DNA from: a virus
Reading direction: 5' to 3' (one strand)
Length of the DNA: 64,000 nucleotides
IMG/VR virus record: IMGVR_UViG_3300020406_000804
Location: 1 to 64,000 of that record
The position numbers were made by a program, and so were the translations under genes. The notes below the pieces were generated by a model that saw only the letters and a list, made by a program, of their open reading frames with translations, did no database searches and was not told where the DNA came from. Positions within the stretch are counted from its first letter, which is position 1; each line of letters starts with the position of its first letter. Of the stretch, positions 58,801 through 64,000 are shown piece after piece.

Positions 58801-58937
58801 TAGATGATACCGGATTTAGGCAGATGATGCAAGCAAATACAAGCAGAAATACTTCTAGGTTTACCCTATTTAAGCTAGAGTCTGATGACGAAAACAAGTC
58901 ACCTTCTATCAATAACGGTGTCATAGTGAGGATATAA
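55818..58937 (+). CDS. large hypothetical structural protein
   Basis: 1039-aa coupled ORF; YQGPVHYH..GYVGWMAG. Confidence 0.6.
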   Translation: MVELRNLDFPILETKKITLSKDKNDEEILRVEIDYALRSRSPLTSSGLKTSLSSLYVYFLVLDNIEFEKLYSSLSSPQRKIAIQNILNHSYGNILFKHSNLIRVSLADVLNTSSSPTLRGRGELGTGAFSSIAPSPSNTREMMSKITIKYSNRALFSTAGSPFRPGTATGSTHSRSVGGLHLLCFLDSSENNSSRSASTDLTYDHLLEYNSQTRRLAIPKTRKSFFINDPEYPEVLGQAYQGPVHYHSTLNPGANGYVGWMAGSNKPGHPMGPHLSVKEITNYKVHSDSFVDMAPELQIPIVSLNSTSDTGRKLISFSNVANGGSGTGGATTGQRPAGPGATTSLRERNELSNSIHAGSKKNETFVTKETKRTAHYRSISATNNGHIDSNYCGSVIGINVLKLLKNNSMLGTFINLHLKKKNSAIVREILKFFEIKYFCVKRDKIEEDYKNVNTRSTRVETTDKEKSIDLITSRDINPGKLGSALNSRASIEQIDLAFFDGTLPPPNIKNYLLKDYDLFHNYDHGKYTYSVEVHFTDAPIKYVQNLEAVLSVAVSFFSQYVSVAEAPAVYDSTGQHLYGAYDPVKKRQVKAFANDVRLNKYVSLAIKAYSESYTFFSGRRKNLNQLAKQIMTFNYNQKTAKDFLRNLIKMQKHTIKFLKKFSSYSKTDQVNGKSVHVESKTGSMGSDLLQSSSNTNIVHDVSNLNEVLIDNVPPTGLSEEFPSKTNFLRGLQLHRPTAGANKILEYVPGRYVNISKSRYEVDHNTTSVSNSISSPSSIISLKRVSRRPGVKVFISGRNSTFLQKSRYDRLSSDQKFVFDTKLAVLKSNRGSNSDLKSKPNEFFPGFLQTNNSALSISASGFAKFKNSKDEDKIFEKVLGRIIPDMSSEMQTNILTSAFNAKDFKEFEKSINDTYKEQISLRKTLGVFYQNFHRYLSFNRLLNKQRINKLDYRQIFNRGEARATLQTNETMTNQDIFETEKFRIVCVTPGLGNAYIDDTGFRQMMQANTSRNTSRFTLFKLESDDENKSPSINNGVIVRI

Positions 58938-58940
58938 GAT

Positions 58941-61900
58941 ATGCCATTTAATTCGCGTGCCCTGAGTCAAATTGCCCAAACAGTATCCACAACAGTCACA
59001 CCAGCAGTCACACCAGCTCTAGCTCTACCTGGCCGACAGCAAGCTGCTAGCAGAACTACAGGCAATACCAATATGGTTGCGCAAGTCGCTGCAGCTGTCG
59101 CGCAGATGCCAGCACAAAATGCAAATGCCAATAGTATGGTAATACAACCTCAGTCTGTTCCAAAAGCTAATACGTCTCCCTTGTCCACCTCGGCGAATTT
59201 AAACTTCGCGGGCCTAGGCCTGCCATTTGCTGGCCAGACTCCTACCACAACCGACGACAGTGAAACTGAAACTTCCGAACGCGTCAATGCCAGCGGCATG
59301 GCGGCTATCGCAGGTATCGCAGCTGCAGTCGGCACCCCGGAGCCGGATGTGGGTATTGTTGTGCAACCTCAACAAGCAGACACTTCCACCATCAGGCAGG
59401 TGGCAAACGCCGTTATACCACCTGCAGATAACAATCAATTTCAAATCCTTGTTGATGCCCAGCAGGATGAAGCTTCCAGTGGAAACAACGACGGCATAGC
59501 TGCGGTTCGCAATGCCGCCATTGGCCAACTCGGTCCGGACATGTCCGCCTTTGAGGTGCTGCCGGAGATGCCTGGCACCGCAGCCGAAAGCGCCGACGAT
59601 GTAGCTCAACAATCTCAAAACGCCTCTTCTATCCTCGGTGCGGTTATTCCACCAGACTTCAGCACCCTCCAGGCTGCAGCTGCCGCGGCAGCGGTGGTCG
59701 AAGAAGCTGAAGCTGCTGACCCGCTGCTGGATCCCGATATCCTACTCAGAGTCAACCGGCCAGACACCTTGGTTCTTCCTGATGAGGAAGAGCAAGGAGA
59801 TGGTGAACAGATCCAGTTCAACCAAGGTATGAACCAAATAAGTTTTCAAGGTTTCGACGCAGCGGTCGATGCTGATGAAGCCTTCAAGGCCCAAGATGGT
59901 GCTGACCAGCTGCTGAATCCCGATGCTTTACTACTCAATTTCGGCTCCGGTGAAGGAGAAGCCGATACCGGCGCCGGCAGCCCCGATGACCCTTTTTACG
60001 GAAGTCAATGGAGGGGCGGGACTTTGGAAGATCTTCCAGTGCTGGACGTCGGCGGTGGCGAAGGCACGGCAACTGGCGGAGATAAGGCGGCCATTACATC
60101 AGGCACTGGCTATGCCGCCACAGGCACTAACACAGCTGCTACCGGTGTTGATTGGGCTGATGGCGACGGCCAAGTATCAACAGGTGCTACGGGTGCAACT
60201 GGCGCCACCGGCGCGCAAAATGCTGCAACATATCGTGCAGGCTTTTCAGATAGTTTTTGTGATGATAGAGACCCATCAGAACAATATGTTTCAAACGCCG
60301 GTGCTTCAGCGCCATCAACTGGGCTATTAGGCGTGAACACAGCGCCACTACCATCTGATTTTATATTTGAAAGGACTTCAATAATTCCAAGATTGCGCCG
60401 CCAAGGCCCTGGTGGCACGGGCGCAACTGGCGCAACCGGCGCTGGCTCTGGAGGATTTGCCGCTTCTTTTGGAAGAAAAAATTATATGATCCCACAGCAA
60501 AATTATTATAATGATTTTATAGGCCCAAATTTTGATTTTATAGCAAGACTTAAAGAAGAGGCACAGGTGCAAAATTATAACTTTTCTTCAGAAGCTTCAA
60601 ATTTAGTCGACGACCTCAGATATGTAGTTGGTGGGGTTTTCGACCATCTTGCGACAAGGGACGGAAAGCCAGAAGTTACACGTCAGCATATGCAAAAGGT
60701 CACCGGAGCTTCAACGGGGGCGACCGGAGCAACCGGAGCAACCGGTTCAGAGCCAGAAGATCCTTCGAGAGGCATTCACGATCAAGCCGCACGGCGAGGC
60801 ATGTCGTTGGTTATTCAGGGTGCGGCGGAAAGCGCGCCTAGGATTACCGACACATCAGATATTGATGAAGCGTTCTCTGGAGACCAAGGAGAGTATAGAA
60901 CCACTGTAGTTTTAAATGCAGATCGTCTTGCCAGTTCAAAAATAAGACTGCCCCCCGCATCCTCTCTTTCAAGCAGGCACAGTGTAGTTTACGGCTTGAA
61001 TGTTGAGGAAGCAATTAGCAACGTTCCAGAATATATTGCTTACCATATAGGGGAAAACAGATTTAAGTTTGACCACACCTTTGTAGCACCAGTAGGGTAT
61101 ACAGGATATATGGCTAGTTTAATGAATAATGATATAGCAGAGGCACAAGTTAGATCTAACTTGGTTAGTCTTGCAACATATAATATTAGGCCCGAAAGCC
61201 AAACTCTTGCAGGCTTGCAAAATGGTGAAATTAGCAAAAAAAGTGTTTATAGACAATATGTTACAGATTACGGGATAGGAGATATTCGTCCCCAGGCGTT
61301 TCGATTGTCAAATGCTAATGGCGATCCTGATGCCTGTGTCCAAGATATAATACAAAAATTTCCTGCAAGAAAAGTTGTGGAAATGGACGAGATAAACAAA
61401 GATATACGTAATGCGATAGAGCACCCTAATATGTTGTCGGATCAGGTTGAGAATCTCGGTGATGATTCGCCCGTGGCTCCGACGCCGATGATGAATAGGT
61501 GGGTGCATGCAAATGTTAATGTTCTTAACCAAATAAAGTTTAAAATGTCCCACAGTTCTTTGATCGCAGATGTGTTTTCCAAGCACTCCATGGACTTTCT
61601 TCTTTTTGAAATGATTGACCAGCTGACCCCTGCTAATTCTACACATTATACACAAATTTTAGATAACTCCTTAAACAACCCAGAATTAAATTCCTATACC
61701 CTCAGTGCCCAAGCAGACCTTGCAGCTGTAAACTTGCGTCCAAATGAATATCAGTGCCCGATTCAAACAATGAGAAAAATGATAGAAAACATTCCTTACT
61801 TGAACCAACCTCAATATAATTTTGATATTGATACGAATAGTTATCCTCTGGGATTTGAACACTATGTAGAATATGCAGCTGCAGATCTTTTAGGAACTCA

Positions 61901-64000
61901 AGGCGCCACCACCCCGGGAGAAGTCTTAAGGGCCAAATTTTATGATTTATTTAACAACCACAGCATTGATGCACTTGATGGCAGCGTCACGCTTGGGGGT
62001 TTTAAACAAAATTTGGGGACTGTCATTTTGTACGACCCCGCGTTCACCCCAGAGAATATATTCAGAAAATCATATGAAATATTTAACGGAACACCTTGCG
62101 TCTCAGAGGTCCTTGCATATAGGGTGGAGAAAATTGATACAGCCAGCGGAATAAAGTTGCAAGATTTTTACTTTATGAACACCTCTAAAATAGATGAATT
62201 TACATTTTACGATTCTCAGGTTATATCTGGTAAAAGTTACACTTATAGGATATACACTATAAATATAGTCTTCGGCGCAAAATATTATTATAATTATGCG
62301 AACGCCAAAAGGTACGTATACGATGATAAATTTCGCCCGGGAGAATATCTCACCACGATTAATTTCAATGGTGAGGCTATTATTCGGTCAATCGGCGCGC
62401 AATCTGGTGCTGCTACCGGTGCAACCGGCGCAGATGTGAGTGATATGTCCGAACCAGAGAAAAAGATTCGCAGGTGGGATTTAGACGAAAAAGTTACAAT
62501 TGCGTTTGATATGGTTGTAACTCCAGAGATGAGAATTATAGAAGCTCCGTATTATGAAGAGACTATAGTCACTTCAACTAATACGAGACCACCAATATAC
62601 CCGACTGCCATGGCTACTAGGTCCAGAAGATATACTGATTCTTTTCCGGAGCCAGTTTATTTTCAAATGAGTCCATCTAGCGGAGATTTTAATGCCGTTC
62701 CTATTCCAATTTTAGAAAAAGATATAGAAATGATAAACGATACGGCAAGAAAGCAGCTTTCCTCAGATGCAGTCGAAGGAAATTCTGTTTTCCAAGGAGA
62801 ATTAAATTTTTCTTCTTTTGAACGCCCATCATTATATCAAATGATATATATTATCCCAGAAGATCAAGATTATATGCCTTATAGTTATAATAATTTTTCA
62901 GTAGGCTCTGTTGTAGAGGTGGACGCAAATTCCCCTCTTTTCGATGTTAATTTACCAGTAAATACTTGTGTGTATATAATTTTTAGAGCAATTAATTCTG
63001 GGGGAATATCAAACCCAAGTCCAGTGTATAAGTTTGTCCACAGTAATTATGGTGATGGATCTCACATATTTTTTGATATTGTTTCTTTATCACAAAGAAG
63101 AGTTGACGATTTAATTGCTTATGATAAATTTATACACATAGGCCTAGCAAGAGAACATACAAGATTCAATCTTGGCGCTCCCACAGGCGCCTCAGTCACC
63201 GCCGCAAGAGCGACTTTGAGCCGGGGGATGAACATTATTGCCAGAGCGGCCGGATCCGGAACAGGAGCCACTGGCACTGAAAACGGCAATAACATTGATT
63301 TAACGACTGCACCAGGCGATATGCAAAATGTAAACCTTGGCCCTGCGAGTAATCGTATCTGGGGGCGACGTTTTAAATTTAGAATAAGATCTTTATCTTC
63401 TGGCAATGCTTTTGATATTAACACTACTTTCAACTACCGGAAATCTGTAATTGGTGCACCAGATGAGATAGACAACTATAATTTAGAGTGTGCTGACAAC
63501 CTTAGTTTGGATAGGCTAGGACGTCGAGTCCAAAACGCTCAACGATCTGATGAGCTTTTGGCCATGGGCGAGAGAGGCTGTCACGGAGATGGAATTACGA
63601 CCAGACCAGATATCGTCATAAATAACGAAGAAGATTCAAGTGACCTTGTATTTGACCTTTCAGTGGTTGCTGGCCAGAGTGCTTTCGGGTCCGAGACTAT
63701 GACTCTCAGTAGTGACGAGACCGTCGATTTCGTACCCATGACCCCTTTTGCTGGGACACTTCCATTTATCTCAGACGCCGCTGTCGACGACGCGGTGCAA
63801 AATCAATTAAACAGAGTTCTCCCTGGGCAAGTCATCATCGATGTGAGAGGTTCCCTCGCCCAAGTAGATCCCGAGGGTTTGATGATCGGCAGCAGTACTC
63901 TAGACCCCCAAGAGGCACAACAGGGACAATCCACCGAGCCCACTGTAGAGGCAGTCGCCCAATTCATAAATTTACAACGACAGTCCGGCGCCATACGACC
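58941..64000 (+). CDS. 3'-partial large structural protein (>1680 aa; missing from the ORF track because no stop falls in the window)
   Basis: ATG 58941 (MPFNSRALSQ). Spot-checked in frame: TGATGATGATGAQ (~60180), SEVLAYRVEK (~62103), WGRRFKFRIRS (~63360), QFINLQRQSGAIR at the end. The track lists no terminated ORF in this frame. Confidence 0.8.
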   Translation, partial: MPFNSRALSQIAQTVSTTVTPAVTPALALPGRQQAASRTTGNTNMVAQVAAAVAQMPAQNANANSMVIQPQSVPKANTSPLSTSANLNFAGLGLPFAGQTPTTTDDSETETSERVNASGMAAIAGIAAAVGTPEPDVGIVVQPQQADTSTIRQVANAVIPPADNNQFQILVDAQQDEASSGNNDGIAAVRNAAIGQLGPDMSAFEVLPEMPGTAAESADDVAQQSQNASSILGAVIPPDFSTLQAAAAAAAVVEEAEAADPLLDPDILLRVNRPDTLVLPDEEEQGDGEQIQFNQGMNQISFQGFDAAVDADEAFKAQDGADQLLNPDALLLNFGSGEGEADTGAGSPDDPFYGSQWRGGTLEDLPVLDVGGGEGTATGGDKAAITSGTGYAATGTNTAATGVDWADGDGQVSTGATGATGATGAQNAATYRAGFSDSFCDDRDPSEQYVSNAGASAPSTGLLGVNTAPLPSDFIFERTSIIPRLRRQGPGGTGATGATGAGSGGFAASFGRKNYMIPQQNYYNDFIGPNFDFIARLKEEAQVQNYNFSSEASNLVDDLRYVVGGVFDHLATRDGKPEVTRQHMQKVTGASTGATGATGATGSEPEDPSRGIHDQAARRGMSLVIQGAAESAPRITDTSDIDEAFSGDQGEYRTTVVLNADRLASSKIRLPPASSLSSRHSVVYGLNVEEAISNVPEYIAYHIGENRFKFDHTFVAPVGYTGYMASLMNNDIAEAQVRSNLVSLATYNIRPESQTLAGLQNGEISKKSVYRQYVTDYGIGDIRPQAFRLSNANGDPDACVQDIIQKFPARKVVEMDEINKDIRNAIEHPNMLSDQVENLGDDSPVAPTPMMNRWVHANVNVLNQIKFKMSHSSLIADVFSKHSMDFLLFEMIDQLTPANSTHYTQILDNSLNNPELNSYTLSAQADLAAVNLRPNEYQCPIQTMRKMIENIPYLNQPQYNFDIDTNSYPLGFEHYVEYAAADLLGTQGATTPGEVLRAKFYDLFNNHSIDALDGSVTLGGFKQNLGTVILYDPAFTPENIFRKSYEIFNGTPCVSEVLAYRVEKIDTASGIKLQDFYFMNTSKIDEFTFYDSQVISGKSYTYRIYTINIVFGAKYYYNYANAKRYVYDDKFRPGEYLTTINFNGEAIIRSIGAQSGAATGATGADVSDMSEPEKKIRRWDLDEKVTIAFDMVVTPEMRIIEAPYYEETIVTSTNTRPPIYPTAMATRSRRYTDSFPEPVYFQMSPSSGDFNAVPIPILEKDIEMINDTARKQLSSDAVEGNSVFQGELNFSSFERPSLYQMIYIIPEDQDYMPYSYNNFSVGSVVEVDANSPLFDVNLPVNTCVYIIFRAINSGGISNPSPVYKFVHSNYGDGSHIFFDIVSLSQRRVDDLIAYDKFIHIGLAREHTRFNLGAPTGASVTAARATLSRGMNIIARAAGSGTGATGTENGNNIDLTTAPGDMQNVNLGPASNRIWGRRFKFRIRSLSSGNAFDINTTFNYRKSVIGAPDEIDNYNLECADNLSLDRLGRRVQNAQRSDELLAMGERGCHGDGITTRPDIVINNEEDSSDLVFDLSVVAGQSAFGSETMTLSSDETVDFVPMTPFAGTLPFISDAAVDDAVQNQLNRVLPGQVIIDVRGSLAQVDPEGLMIGSSTLDPQEAQQGQSTEPTVEAVAQFINLQRQSGAIR

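Noticed and set aside
59150-63994. The many short track ORFs on both strands at the right end
   Set aside because: They are shadows of the single long + strand ORF starting at 58941, in GC-richer sequence with fewer stops.
44891-64000. Diversity-generating retroelement acting on tail genes
   Set aside because: No reverse transcriptase and no adenine-variant TR/VR pair noticed by eye; a self-alignment would be needed to exclude it fully.

Overview
An AT-rich, gene-dense segment, almost entirely on the + strand, that looks like part of a large tailed (myovirus-type, probably jumbo) bacteriophage genome using the standard code. From left to right: (1) a 5'-truncated ligase-fold/HIGH-nucleotidyltransferase fusion protein; (2) an accessory region with an unannotated 31-aa poly-Cys peptide, a complete tmRNA, and two small gene cassettes bounded by three copies of the tmRNA 3' end, both cassette genes starting MKLIMENWK; (3) iscU-iscA-cysK; (4) Lys-rich putative head/internal proteins and a three-domain cell-wall hydrolase; (5) tilS beside its tRNA-Ile2(CAU) substrate, an unannotated Hc1 histone-like gene, clpP, a serine protease, phoH and a Cas4-like nuclease; (6) an ~11 kb glycan-building and tailoring cluster; (7) a sigma-factor-like gene; (8) ~34 kb of baseplate/tail genes (gp5-, gp25- and gp6-like, LamG), ending in a >1680-aa ORF that runs off the window. 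The best candidate for a new system is the integrase-free cassette array at the tmRNA 3' end. All calls come from reading motifs by eye; no database searches were run.
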